Source of the DNA: Bythopirellula sp.
GTDB lineage: Bacteria > Planctomycetota > Planctomycetia > Pirellulales > Lacipirellulaceae
Length of the DNA: 64,000 nucleotides
Direction: 5' to 3'
NCBI GenBank assembly: GCA_965216565.1
Contig: OZ244170.1
Location: 768,001-832,000, forward strand
Shown: one piece after another, positions 50,378-61,912 of the stretch
How positions within the stretch are numbered: position 1 is the first letter of the stretch
How the letters are laid out: the number at the start of each line of letters is the position of its first letter
Position numbers and translations under genes: made by a program
The notes under the pieces: model-generated
What the model was told of the DNA's origin: nothing
Seen by the model: the letters and a program-made list of their open reading frames with translations, nothing else
The model's database searches: none

Positions 50378-52124
50378 TTGATGGAACTGGGTTCAATTCT
50401 CGACGCAATGGTAGGGGCACTCGTAGGAGTGCTTGGCGTTTGGTTGGCGTTGGGGCGGGGGCATTGGTTCCTGCGGTTCCTTGCTGTGGCCCCGCTCTTG
50501 CTTGGACCTGTTTTGATTCCTGCCTATGAAATGGTCTATCACCATTCGATTGGCGTCGCCTTGATCGTATTGGCAATCGCACTTTACCGGCAATGGCGAC
50601 CGTGGCGATGGCGTTACTCTTCGCGGACTATTCTGCTGGCGATGGTAGTGCTTGCCATCTGCGCAGCTGTGTTTGCCAACTCGCCCGAGTTTCACATTAG
50701 TCAGTGGCTAAGTTTTCTGGGTATTGGTATCGCAATTGCGTTTGGCACGTTGTTGTGTCTTTGGACGGTACGGGCAACTGGAAGCCGCTTGCGGAGGATA
50801 ACCATCTTCTTCACCGCTCTTCTCATGATCATCGTTTGTGGATACGCAATTTACGTTCTCCATTATCATCTCTTCTTGAGTCGGAACAGAACCGGTGAAA
50901 CTCTCCAGAGCTTGTGGGATGGTAGGTTCTTCCAGTGGTACTATACTCCTGAGTGGCTGTCGTGGTGGTTTAATTACAATGCGATAACTGCAATTCTCGC
51001 GGCGTTTCTGGTGCTAGTCTTACTCCTTCTAGCTCGAGGCAGCGGTTGGATTTCTCTGCTGGGCGAGTCTGGTAAAGTATTACCCACAAACCGATTCAAT
51101 TTGTTGTATCGTCTTGGCTTCGTGACTCTTTTGTTTTCTTTGGCGATTCTTCCTACCTATGTGTTCTATCGCTTAATGACGCCGGAGCCCTATCCGATTG
51201 CTGACGAAGGCAGTCGAGGAGAATTCGATGAGTTTGTTGCCATTGGTCGGGAACTCAACTCGAAATACGAGGGGCAATTTAGAACATTGCTGACAGCTAG
51301 CCCTGCAGAGGTCACTTTATTACTTGAAGAAATGAGCCCACTTCTGGATCGAGCAGCTCGATTCTCGGAAAAACCTGAGTTAAATTTTGCCCAGTATTCT
51401 TCTCCTCAAAACGAAAGTGGCGAAGACGACCTGACATACAATGTTCTCTGGTGGTTCCTCTATGAACATCTCTGTGCTGAGAGATTCGGCACGATCGAAG
51501 AGAGGATTGAAACGTTAGGCCCGTGTTTAAGATTTGCGCGTCTGCTCAACGAACAAGAGGGAGCTCGACTTGGCTACTACAATACATCGGAAACAATCGC
51601 GGCTCGAAGCATCAATGACATGATGAGTATTCTAGATGAGAGCCAGTGCAGAGTACTTTCGGAGAAGTTGCTCGCCTTCGATCGTCAGCGGTTACCTTTG
51701 GCAGACCGGATACGTTACCAACGGTTGTGGGACTCAAACGCAGGCTGGCAATTTCACTTAAAATTGCTGCTTGCAGATCTACCTGGCGTGGAGCCGTACG
51801 AAGCAGAGATTGCGAACTATTATTCTACGGTTCGCCAACTTAGAACAGTGATTCTACAACTCGTTTTGCAGCGTTATTATTTGGAGCACAATGCTATCCC
51901 GGGAACATTGGCAGAACTAGTCCCCGAGTACCTCTCCACCATACCGGAAGATCCCTTCTGCGAAAAACCACTGCAATATAGACGCCTCTGGAGTGGTTTC
52001 GTGCTCAGCAGTTGTTGTGAAGTTGAGCCCAAAAAGGTGATCTTGGCCACAGGTCCTGCAGGGCCGTATATGTGGGAGCAAATCAAGAAGTATTCCGGAC
52101 ACGCATGGATTTGGTTGAGGGCTG

Positions 52125-52144
<20 letters not shown>
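50378..52144 (+). CDS. Multi-TM hypothetical protein with C-terminal GspG-like P..L.EL.P.YL..IP.DPF motif
   Basis: 588-aa ORF with lower GC. It overlaps the convergent aminopeptidase stop by 20 nt. Confidence 0.75.
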
Positions 52145-53237
<1,093 letters not shown>

Positions 53238-53456
53238 GATTGTCGGTCGGCTCTGCAAGTGAACGAAAATAGCCGCGATCTGACAGATCGCCGGTTTATC
53301 AAGAATCTTTCGAGAAATGATAAAGCGACTCTAGGTACCACACAACGTGAGAAATCCTAGGATGGGGTATAATTGATCTGGTAACTGAACCATCAATCGC
53401 AGAAAACCGACACCAGGAACCAATCACAATTACAAGCCGCAAAAGGCAATGCCAAT

Positions 53457-55391
53457 ATGTCCGATCGAACAACTGACGAATTGAATTCCCCCGAGTCCGC
53501 AGAGCAGGAAGCATCCTTTGCCGAAACCGCGATGAAGCTAGGCGGAAAAAGCGAAGAAGAAGCCCGTCGCACCGGGGCCATCGATAAGGCTGACGACCAG
53601 GTCGAGGCGCTCTTTGCCCCCCAATACCAAACCGTCAGCAGCCCGGCCCATCGTGCCGTGTGGGATCGCGGTGTGCCGGTAGATCTATTTCAAAGCGAGC
53701 CAGTCACCCCTGCACCTGAAATCCAGCAGGTGATGGACGCCTCCGTTGAAATCGTCAATCGGCATCGGCAGGCGGGCTCGCTGCTAAACGACGACGGAAA
53801 GCTTACCGAGGAAGTTCTGCAGGACTTGGCGGGTGCGGGTTATTGGGGGCTACTGGTAGACAAGGAGTATGGTGGATCGGGAACACCGTTCGCCGTGTTT
53901 GCAGAGTTCCTCACTCGCATGGCCACTGCCGACCCCACGGTCGCGGGCCTGGCCTCGGTACACGGGTGTATCGGTGCGGTCGACCCCGTACGAACTTTCG
54001 GCAATGCAGAGCAAAAGCAAAGGTTCCTGCCAGGCCTTGCCGACGGCACTCGACTGAGCGCATTCGCACTTACCGAACCCTGCGCGGGTAGCGACCTCAC
54101 CGCGATGCGTACCACCGCCCGGCTCGAGGGCGATAGCTATATCGTAAATGGCGAGAAGCTATTCATCACCAACGTTGTCCCAGGACGAACGATCGGCTTG
54201 GTTTGTATCATCGACGACAAGCCGGCTGTGCTCGTGGTGGAATTGCCTGACGAGGAGAACGACAATTTTCAATTGCGGAAGTACGGGCTTTGGGCTTTGA
54301 AGCATACTTACAACCGGGGGATTATCTTCAAGGACTTCCGCGTCCCGGCAAGTAACTTGTTGGTGCCCACCAAGGGCGATGGGCTGACGATTGCCTATCA
54401 CGGATTGAACTTGGGACGCGTATCGCTGTGTGCCAATGCGGCAGGCACCATGCGAGCAATGATGGCGAGCATGATCCCCTGGGCAAAATTCCGTGTGACA
54501 TACAGTGAGGCGATTGCCAATCGCGAGTTAGTTCAACGTCGTTTGGGCGAAATGGCTGGGCTGATCACTGCCTGCGATGCACTCGTCGCTTGGTGTGGAG
54601 GACTTATCGACCGTGGTTACCGCGGCGAAATGGAGTGCATCATTGCCAAAATCTTTGGCAGCGAAGCCCAGAAACACGCTGCGATCGAGCTATTCATGAA
54701 AACCCACGGCGGGCGCTCCTTCCTGCACGGACATTTGCTCGGCGACAACGTGCACGAGTATCTCGCGCCGTGCATTTACGAAGGGGAGGGCGAGATGCTG
54801 GGCATGGCGTTCTTCAAGTCGCTGGTGAAAGATCATGGCAAGGCCTACTTCGAGCCAGTGGGCAAAGCCCTGGCTGCCGCGGGGATCAAAAAGCCGAACC
54901 CACTCAACCCAGCCCATGCCTGGGCTCTGAGGGAAGCCGCGCTACCGTACATCAAATGGCGTGCGGCTCGAACGCTGATGCCTACGGCTTCGAGTGAACT
55001 CCCGAAAATGCCCAAAGCACTGGCCCGTCATGCAGAATTCGCTTGCACCAAACTGCAAGAGATGGCACTAGAGATCAGCGGCACCATGTCGAAGTTTCAG
55101 TTGTCGCTTGTCGACCGGCAATGCCGCATGGCCGAGCTTTCGGGTCGTTGCCAAGATTTGATCATCGTGCTGTGCACCAGTTTGTACGGGGCCCGACAGG
55201 ATGACGAGATTGTCCGCGAATCGGCCGACGTTCTTTGCCAGCAGCTAATACAGAAGTATAAAGGCAAACGACCTTCGAACCGTTTCTATCGTCAAATCAC
55301 CACACTCGGTGAGGCGATTGCCGATGGGAAGTTCAAGAGCATCGAAGGCTTAAATCCCGATGAGATTATGATGAAGTATGAGAAGGCGTAG
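53457..55391 (+). CDS. Acyl-CoA dehydrogenase family protein
   Basis: EYGGSG, AFALTEPCAGSD, NGEKLFITN, LNLGR and IYEGEGE motifs. Confidence 0.92.
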   Translation: MSDRTTDELNSPESAEQEASFAETAMKLGGKSEEEARRTGAIDKADDQVEALFAPQYQTVSSPAHRAVWDRGVPVDLFQSEPVTPAPEIQQVMDASVEIVNRHRQAGSLLNDDGKLTEEVLQDLAGAGYWGLLVDKEYGGSGTPFAVFAEFLTRMATADPTVAGLASVHGCIGAVDPVRTFGNAEQKQRFLPGLADGTRLSAFALTEPCAGSDLTAMRTTARLEGDSYIVNGEKLFITNVVPGRTIGLVCIIDDKPAVLVVELPDEENDNFQLRKYGLWALKHTYNRGIIFKDFRVPASNLLVPTKGDGLTIAYHGLNLGRVSLCANAAGTMRAMMASMIPWAKFRVTYSEAIANRELVQRRLGEMAGLITACDALVAWCGGLIDRGYRGEMECIIAKIFGSEAQKHAAIELFMKTHGGRSFLHGHLLGDNVHEYLAPCIYEGEGEMLGMAFFKSLVKDHGKAYFEPVGKALAAAGIKKPNPLNPAHAWALREAALPYIKWRAARTLMPTASSELPKMPKALARHAEFACTKLQEMALEISGTMSKFQLSLVDRQCRMAELSGRCQDLIIVLCTSLYGARQDDEIVRESADVLCQQLIQKYKGKRPSNRFYRQITTLGEAIADGKFKSIEGLNPDEIMMKYEKA

Positions 55392-55408
55392 TTAGCGGGG
55401 GAAATGCG

Positions 55409-55612
55409 ATGAAAGACTCATTCTGGTCTGGTGGTGCTGAAGCTCACGACAAAGCAATTCGTGAGTACTACCAGGAGCAGATCAAAGAGGTTGAGTTGCG
55501 AATTATTTACTGCGCAGACGAACAAGAGCGTGCGCTACTGCGAGTGAGGCTGGAGAGCATCGAAAAGAAATATCGGGAGAAGCGCCGCGCTAGTGGGCGG
55601 TTTATCTTTTAG
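55409..55612 (+). CDS. Small coiled-coil hypothetical protein
   Basis: 67-aa ORF with a GGGGG RBS-like tract right after the acyl-CoA dehydrogenase gene. Confidence 0.5.
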   Translation: MKDSFWSGGAEAHDKAIREYYQEQIKEVELRIIYCADEQERALLRVRLESIEKKYREKRRASGRFIF

Positions 55613-55661
55613 CAAGATGTCATGGCGATCCGTCGGAACGCGGCTATGTCTTGACGCGCAC

Positions 55662-56870
55662 TTACGTTTTTGCGGGCCAGATGTTGAGCCAACTGCGTGT
55701 TTTCGAGCCGTTGGCTCCCTCCTCGCCCTCTTCGCGGACCTTGCCGCAAATAGCGTCGGAGAGTTGGCAGATAGAATTCGTGATGCCCGCCTTGGGAGCA
55801 TGCTGCAACAGTGGCACACCATTGTTGCGGACTTCGACCATCACTCGATAGTCATTGGGAATCTGCCAGTAGATGTCGCGGCCGATCGTTTCCTGGGCTT
55901 TTTTCAAGCTAATTTGACCGGCGTCCTGGCCGGCACGGTTCACGACAATCTTTACTTTGTTGCGGAGCGATTGATCGTCGTCGAAGCTCATCATCAATCG
56001 CACCACATTTCGCAAGCAGGGCAGATCGAGCTGGGTGATCATTAGCACATCGTCCGCCAGCCGAAACGATTCCATGTCCAATGGCCCGAAGGCCTTGGAG
56101 GTATCCATCACGATATGCGTGAAAGATGTCTTCAAAAGACCCACCACACGGCTCAGGTTTTCTGGGGAAATGAGCTGGGCATCTTCCAATTGCACCGGTC
56201 GTGGCAAGAGGTGGATGCCGGAGGAGTGTTTGGTGAGCGACTTTTTAAGCAGAGTGAGATCGAGCCTCGCAACGTTCTGCGCGACGTCGGCCAATGTGTA
56301 TTCGGGAATCGTGTCTAAAAATACATCGGCGTCGCCCAAAGCTACGTCGAGATCGATCAAAGCAACCGACTGGCCCTCTTCGGCGGCCAGTGCACAAGCC
56401 ATATTCACCGCTACGCTGGAGGTTCCCACGCCTCCCGTGGCACCTGCCAGGGAGATGACTTTACAGCCTTGGTTGGAATTGCCGGAGGCCGCTCCTTGCT
56501 GCTGCTTAACGCGTTGCAGAGCGGTGGCTAGGTCTTCTGGTTTGAGCGGCTCGGTGAGAAACTCCTTCGCACCTGCCCGCATCGATTCCAAGATCAATCG
56601 GCCGTCGGTGGAACTGCTCGTCACCAAGATGGTGCACTTGGGCGCTTGGGCAGCCACTTCGGTGATGAGTCGGGTAGCTTGCTCTGGATCGGAATCCATC
56701 GCAATCAGGCCGATATCGGGCTGCGTTTGCTCGATGACGTCGTTGAAGAACTCGTAGCGCGAGCACTCGGCTTCTAGCCATACCATGTCCAACCCCACGA
56801 GCACCGATTTCAGGTTTTCGCGTGAGGCTTCGTTGGGATCAACGACGGCGATTCGCAATACGTTAGGCAT
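55662..56870 (-). CDS. cpaE: Tad pilus CpaE/TadZ (receiver-like + deviant MinD ATPase)
   Basis: MRAGAKEFL, GATGGVGTSS, IDLD and IPNDY..NNGVP motifs. Confidence 0.88.
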   Translation of the reverse strand: MPNVLRIAVVDPNEASRENLKSVLVGLDMVWLEAECSRYEFFNDVIEQTQPDIGLIAMDSDPEQATRLITEVAAQAPKCTILVTSSSTDGRLILESMRAGAKEFLTEPLKPEDLATALQRVKQQQGAASGNSNQGCKVISLAGATGGVGTSSVAVNMACALAAEEGQSVALIDLDVALGDADVFLDTIPEYTLADVAQNVARLDLTLLKKSLTKHSSGIHLLPRPVQLEDAQLISPENLSRVVGLLKTSFTHIVMDTSKAFGPLDMESFRLADDVLMITQLDLPCLRNVVRLMMSFDDDQSLRNKVKIVVNRAGQDAGQISLKKAQETIGRDIYWQIPNDYRVMVEVRNNGVPLLQHAPKAGITNSICQLSDAICGKVREEGEEGANGSKTRSWLNIWPAKT

Positions 56871-56998
56871 TGAAACAATTCTCGAAAATGGGGCGCGAGG
56901 CACACATGGTCGGCTTTTATCTAGTAGTTGTGTGAGACTCTAGACCTGCCATTGCTGCCTCGGGAGAGAGTTCGCCTCCCTGTGCTAACGTACCTTAT

Positions 56999-58801
56999 TT
57001 ATTCCGTGTCGTAGCCAACAGGACCGATTAGTCCGGGTGTCGTGGTTGTAGGACGCGGTTGTTGGTAAGTGGGCCGAAACTGTTGTGCCTGCCGAGCATA
57101 GGCCGCTGGCATTTGGTAGCGAGGCTGATACAAGGGGCCTTTGGCAGCCGGGTCGCCAATGGCACCTGAGTTGATAGCCGGGCCACCGTTTTGCTGTAGC
57201 AAGCCTTGGTAGGCTGGCACAGGCGTTACTTCTTCGCCGGGGTAGTTGTTTATGGCTGGTGCAGACATCGGTGCTGCCTGCGGAGTCATAGGCTGTCCCT
57301 CGTACACCTCGGGGCTGTACGAAGAGGAGCATCCCGAACCATAGCTGGAGTTGCCGCTGGAGCAACTGCCATCGTAGCAACCACCGCGATTGCAGACACG
57401 AGTTTTGCCACAGAAGTTGGCAGGTCCGCAAGGTCCGCAGGATGGGACTTCCAGGTGGCCACCACCATAGAGCTGGCAGTTGGTCGGAGAAACCGTCTCC
57501 ATGCCGGGTCCACAAGGTGGGACTTCGTGGGGTTCCATGCCGTCGGCAAATTCAGGTGTGACGAGAATCAAGAGTTCGATCTCATTGACTTCCTCTTCCA
57601 CGCTGCGGAACGCTGCACCGACGTAGGGCAAATCGCCGAAGAAGGGGAGGCCCCGTTCTTGGGCTTCGATACGAGTTTGAATCAAACCGGCGAGTGCCAG
57701 TGTCTGGCCCGCTTTGAGTTCTACACCTGTATCGACTTCGCGAACTGTTAGAGCAGGCACGGTGAACTCTTGAAGCTGGATACTTCGCGAGTCATCGATC
57801 TCGCTCACGCGTGGTCGAACTTCCAATCGAATGTTGCCGTTGCCGAGCACGATGGGTACGAAGTCGATCTGTGTACCAAACTTCTTGTACTCGACGGTTG
57901 TCTGACCGAGACCCGATGGAATGATGATTGGCAATTCACCACCAACATTAAAATGTGCCGGGCGGCCACTGACGGCGGTTAGAGTTGGATCAGCTAGGAT
58001 CTTGGCTACATTGTTTTGCTGTAGGGCGTTGATGAATCCGAAGAAGGAGTCGCCGCCGTCTACCACTGCGAATCGTGCGGTATCGCCACTAACACTCGCG
58101 GTGACGCCAGATGTGTTGCTGGAAATGGACGACAACAATCCTGAGACACTAGATACAAAGTGACTTCCGTTCCCGGCTTGCTGGATGAAGTCGAAGCCAA
58201 GGCGACGCAATTTCGTCCGCGAGACTTCCATCACCTTTACCTTCAGAATCACCTGCTGGACACCGCCCACGGTGATGTTGTCGACAATCTTCGGAGCATA
58301 GTCCTCTGCGAGACGGACAATGGGGCTAACGTCTTCGGGACGCTCAACGAATCCTTCCAGAACCAGGCTATTGGTCAGTCGTACGACCTTGACCGATGCT
58401 CCAGGGAAGAGCCGCTGCAGGGCATGCTCTAGTTCTTTTACATCGCCATAGATGGTGACGTCTACCGAGTAGACTTCGCCTTCCTCGTCCCACAGATTCA
58501 CTTGCGTGACACCCGGTTTGCGAGCGGCGATCTGCACCTGGTTGGCGCTCAGGGCGTTGACAGACAACAACTCGGGGTTGTTGACCACCATCCGCGGGAT
58601 GCGCTTTTCCAGTGTCAGGATACGGCTGGAGTTGACCGTCAGCTCCAACCGCTCGTTAGATTGGGTGATGTTGCGTATCACGTTGGACTCAGCCGACGCG
58701 ACGCCACCAAGATTGGCAGGCAACAAGAGAATCCCCAACGCCCAGATTGCTGGGACACGGGAAAAAACGGAAAATCGATTCGCGGGATTTATGGCGTACA
58801 T
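56999..58801 (-). CDS. cpaC: Tad pilus secretin CpaC/RcpA
   Basis: QQVILKVKVMEVSR, LADPTL..SG..F.VGGE.P, GLPFFGDLPYVGAAF and ELLILVTP motifs. Confidence 0.93.
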   Translation of the reverse strand: MYAINPANRFSVFSRVPAIWALGILLLPANLGGVASAESNVIRNITQSNERLELTVNSSRILTLEKRIPRMVVNNPELLSVNALSANQVQIAARKPGVTQVNLWDEEGEVYSVDVTIYGDVKELEHALQRLFPGASVKVVRLTNSLVLEGFVERPEDVSPIVRLAEDYAPKIVDNITVGGVQQVILKVKVMEVSRTKLRRLGFDFIQQAGNGSHFVSSVSGLLSSISSNTSGVTASVSGDTARFAVVDGGDSFFGFINALQQNNVAKILADPTLTAVSGRPAHFNVGGELPIIIPSGLGQTTVEYKKFGTQIDFVPIVLGNGNIRLEVRPRVSEIDDSRSIQLQEFTVPALTVREVDTGVELKAGQTLALAGLIQTRIEAQERGLPFFGDLPYVGAAFRSVEEEVNEIELLILVTPEFADGMEPHEVPPCGPGMETVSPTNCQLYGGGHLEVPSCGPCGPANFCGKTRVCNRGGCYDGSCSSGNSSYGSGCSSSYSPEVYEGQPMTPQAAPMSAPAINNYPGEEVTPVPAYQGLLQQNGGPAINSGAIGDPAAKGPLYQPRYQMPAAYARQAQQFRPTYQQPRPTTTTPGLIGPVGYDTE

Positions 58802-58930
58802 CCTTGTACTTCCTTCGCGTGGTTGTCTAGCAAGTCGCATTCATCGTGCTGCGGGGCACCATGATCGACTAGCCTCTTTGGTTCGAGACTTCCGTGTCGC
58901 GAACCCCCCTAGTTAGTAAACAAACTCTTT

Positions 58931-59965
58931 CTATTTCGTCCTGAGATCGATGGGGAAGTCTGCCCCATCGGCACCCAGATCTAATTCCTCACTCAAGTCT
59001 TGGGGCGAAGCAACGTTGTCCGAGTTCCCTGAACCCGGTTGCGATGCGTTCACATACTCTTCCAAAGGCTCGCCGGTTCTTTCGTCGAAGCGTACTTCGG
59101 CAACTTCACCGGGATAAATGATCTTCATCGAGAACGCGGGCAACTCGTTCGTGCGATTGTAGTCGTCGCGAACGGCACCACTGATGCCGCCTTCTTCGCC
59201 GAGTGCACTGGTCTCACGCTCTTTTTCACGGCTGTTCGACTCGCTGGAAGCGAAGATGTCTGCCGTGTCGGTTTCGGTATCGTCGACGATGCTGTCGTCG
59301 TCTGGATGCCGAGGAATCAGGCTGATTTCGCCAACATTCTCGGCAGTGGTGATTCGATTGGCTTGCTCGGGGGTGACCACGAGCGAAACTGTCTTGGCAA
59401 CGGTTCGAGCTTCATTGCCTTCGGCATCGCGTTGAACTGCCTGGTCGACAGCATAGACGCGGATGTTTTGCAAGAAGATCTTCGTGAAAGCATGCGGGAT
59501 GTTTTCACGTTCGTTGCGACGGACATAAATCTGCACGTCGACACGATCGCCGGGGCTCAACAAACCGGCGGCACTCTTGCGAGCATCAACCGACACGGTT
59601 TTTAAACGCATCTTAGGTGGAATGCCGGAGATGGGGTCGTGGCGTTGGCCCTTGCCCATCATTTTGCCATCCATGATCGGCTCGCCGGCGAAAATGACTG
59701 TTCGCGGACGACGGTCTTCCAAGTCTTCCCAGGAGGTGATTGCTCCTACTGGTACCTTGCTCTTAGGCCATTCCTGCAGCGAGACCATGCTATCGTCGAT
59801 CGGGTCGTTGAGATTGATATTCTCAAGGGCCACGTAAATCGGCGTAGTTTCTACGACAGCTTGTTTGACGTTCTTGCTGTCTAGAACCTGGCTAATACCA
59901 ATAGACGCGACCAGGCCGCAACCTAAGGCTAGTGCCAATAGAATTAATGATTTGGGACGCATCAT
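58931..59965 (-). CDS. cpaB: Flp pilus assembly protein CpaB/RcpC
   Basis: SAF-like domain, AGLLSPGDRVDV, LQNIRVYAVD and TVSLVVTPEQA. Confidence 0.93.
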   Translation of the reverse strand: MMRPKSLILLALALGCGLVASIGISQVLDSKNVKQAVVETTPIYVALENINLNDPIDDSMVSLQEWPKSKVPVGAITSWEDLEDRRPRTVIFAGEPIMDGKMMGKGQRHDPISGIPPKMRLKTVSVDARKSAAGLLSPGDRVDVQIYVRRNERENIPHAFTKIFLQNIRVYAVDQAVQRDAEGNEARTVAKTVSLVVTPEQANRITTAENVGEISLIPRHPDDDSIVDDTETDTADIFASSESNSREKERETSALGEEGGISGAVRDDYNRTNELPAFSMKIIYPGEVAEVRFDERTGEPLEEYVNASQPGSGNSDNVASPQDLSEELDLGADGADFPIDLRTK

Positions 59966-60354
59966 ACCCCCCTAGGCATGAGGTCAGTAGTAAACTGATT
60001 AAAGGCGCTTGCTTGCGGCATCGTGCCGAAGCGCCACGCAAGACCTGACAATTTGTCGAGTCTCTTTGTGCCTCCTGTGCATCCGGGGTAAGTTTGGTTT
60101 GACCTTCGAGAACCAGACTTTCCGGCGGTTTGTTTCGTTATTGATCCCCGCAGGGATCGCTTATTCGCTGCCGTACATTACTTAGCTTGTCAGTGTTATT
60201 CGGCACGAGTGTGTCAGGCGGTCCAGATTATTCGTTCGGAATGATCGGATCGTACCTCAATGGGACTACTCTGCTAGCAACCTCAGGCTGCCGTGCGGCG
60301 CGTGGCGTCGCGGCTAAACACCCTAACTCTCATCTCTTGTCTCTCGACTCTTTT

Positions 60355-60930
60355 CTACAACTGCATTCCGTGCCAAGCGAAGTAGGCAATCGAGCCGATA
60401 GCAATGGGGATACCGTAAGGCAGCAGGAACATTCTGGATTTTCTTTCGGCGGCGATCTCAGCTAGCTTCTCTGGATCTTTCACCGTGGTAATTTCGTTGA
60501 GGATGAACCAGAACTGGTTCTTGTGTTTGTCCCAGGTCTTGGTCCACAGCACCATGCCGAGGGCAATCACTCCACCGACAACAGCCGAGACAGCGAAGGC
60601 AAAGAATGTGACGGTGGGCCACATCCAGGCTCCGACGCCTGCCAGCAACTTCACGTCGCCAGCACCCATGCCGCCGATGGCGTAAGCAGGGAGTAGCAAA
60701 GCCAGGCCAACAACAGTTCCCATCAGGGTGTAGCCGAGGCCTTCCCAACCGGCGTAAGGTGAAAACGCGGCACTGTAGACCCAACCACTGAGGATCATCG
60801 GATACGTGATCCAATTGGGTACCTTCAGTTGCAAGCCATCAATGACCGCTGCCACGATGAGCGTGATTGTCACGAACCAAACGTGCCAGGTCTCGGCAAA
60901 CCAACTCCACATATCGCTGTTTTCAACCAT
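60355..60930 (-). CDS. cpaA: Flp prepilin peptidase CpaA/TadV (A24)
   Basis: IDGLQLKVPNW, GGMGAGDVKL and LPYGIPIA motifs. Confidence 0.93.
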   Translation of the reverse strand: MVENSDMWSWFAETWHVWFVTITLIVAAVIDGLQLKVPNWITYPMILSGWVYSAAFSPYAGWEGLGYTLMGTVVGLALLLPAYAIGGMGAGDVKLLAGVGAWMWPTVTFFAFAVSAVVGGVIALGMVLWTKTWDKHKNQFWFILNEITTVKDPEKLAEIAAERKSRMFLLPYGIPIAIGSIAYFAWHGMQL

Positions 60931-61004
60931 CGTGCCTATTTCCGTGTTTAGTGTGTTGTTGAGGGACTTGTCAGGCAGCGGCTGGTCTCAGTTGCAGGTA
61001 ACGC

Positions 61005-61115
61005 TTATCCACGGGGCATTAGCAAACAAGTTGCCAGTGCCGCCAGCGTGGCAAAGCCCACCATGGCCAATTCAAAGGCTGCAATGAGGAGCGGCTCTGG
61101 AATTGGCAGAAACAT
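61005..61115 (-). CDS. 36-aa single-TM peptide between flp and cpaA
   Basis: Manual translation MFLPIPEPLLIAAFELAMVGFATLAALATCLLMPRG*, with AGGT upstream. Below the ORF-track size cutoff. Confidence 0.45.
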   Translation of the reverse strand: MFLPIPEPLLIAAFELAMVGFATLAALATCLLMPRG

Positions 61116-61242
61116 AACTGATTACCTATCGCTGTTGTGTGCGCCGAGGCCGTAAGGGCTTTCGGCTATCGAACCATAGCTTAGAAAACAGGCGTGCAAG
61201 TGTCGGAAAACAGTTTTTCTGATTTAGCGATCCGAAGATCAC

Positions 61243-61348
61243 TAGCCCCCGGCTCTGCCGGGGGATGAAATATCCTCATACTCAGTACGAATCCCCCGGC
61301 AGAGCCGGGGACTACTCAGTACGAATCCCCCGGCAGAGCCGGGGGCTA
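61243..61348. repeat. REP-like family D: three CCCCCGGCAGAGCCGGGG hairpins (one inverted, two tandem)
   Basis: TAGCCCCCGGCTCTGCCGGGGG, then (TACTCAGTACGAATCCCCCGGCAGAGCCGGGG) x2. Confidence 0.85.
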
Positions 61349-61350
61349 CG

Positions 61351-61386
61351 AAAAAAAACCTCTCGGGACACAAGTGTCCCGAGAGG
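61351..61386 (-). terminator. Intrinsic terminator after flp
   Basis: CCTCTCGGGACAC/GTGTCCCGAGAGG perfect stem plus T8 on the minus strand. Confidence 0.85.
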
Positions 61387-61429
61387 CGTTGTCAACTAAC
61401 AAATCCCGTATAGGGTGTTAACTGATGGC

Positions 61430-61609
61430 TTAACTGCCGCCCAACTGGCCAGCAACACTTGTGAATGTCGCGTTGGCGTTCGTACCTACGGAACGAATGG
61501 CGGTCAGACATACGATCACAATCAACGCCAACATAACAGCGTATTCGACCGCAGTAGGCCCATCTTCCGAGACGAGGAAACGTTGTACCTTCTGTGCAAA
61601 CTTCTTCAT
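61430..61609 (-). CDS. flp: Flp family type IVb/c pilin
   Basis: Manual translation MKKFAQKVQRFLVSEDGPTAVEYAVMLALIVIVCLTAIRSVGTNANATFTSVAGQLGGS* (59 aa), with a GGAGG RBS. Confidence 0.95.
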   Translation of the reverse strand: MKKFAQKVQRFLVSEDGPTAVEYAVMLALIVIVCLTAIRSVGTNANATFTSVAGQLGGS

Positions 61610-61832
61610 AGCATTCCTCCGATTCTCGGATGTCCACCTCTATGGAGGCGACACCCTATAAGGTTGTCGGGAGATTCACTGAATAGGAATGTCTCCCGGT
61701 TTTCGGCATAGTCACTACACCCTTACCTTACGGGGGGCAGAACCTGCAAATTGCAGCGTCTATACCTAAAAAATTAAACAAGTGATGCGAATCATCTCTT
61801 GAGGGTTGCGTCCGCATCATGCGGAGCGTGTA

Positions 61833-61912
61833 TCCTTTCGGTAGCCTGGCGAACGAGTTGCTCGTCCCATGGCTTTGCGCCCTAGCCTTACGACTAGTTT
61901 GCCCTTTCGAGG
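61833..61912 (-). promoter_or_regulatory. Cyclic di-GMP-I (GEMM-I) riboswitch
   Basis: Minus strand reads AAAGGGCAAAC-TAGTC-GTAA-GGCTA-GGGCGCAAAGCCATGGG...CCAGGCTACCGAAAG, matching the GEMM-I consensus, upstream of flp. Confidence 0.88.

Noticed and set aside
56035..56757. 240-aa plus-strand ORF (also 12798-13541 and many similar)
   Set aside because: Antisense or alternative-frame shadows of well-supported genes.
61243..61348. Possible mini-CRISPR
   Set aside because: The intervening sequences are identical or inverted rather than unique spacers, and there are no cas genes. It is REP-like.
61409..61660. 10-bp inverted repeat (TATAGGGTGT/ACACCCTATA) around flp as an invertible switch
   Set aside because: Short, each arm sits in its own local hairpin, and there is no recombinase nearby.
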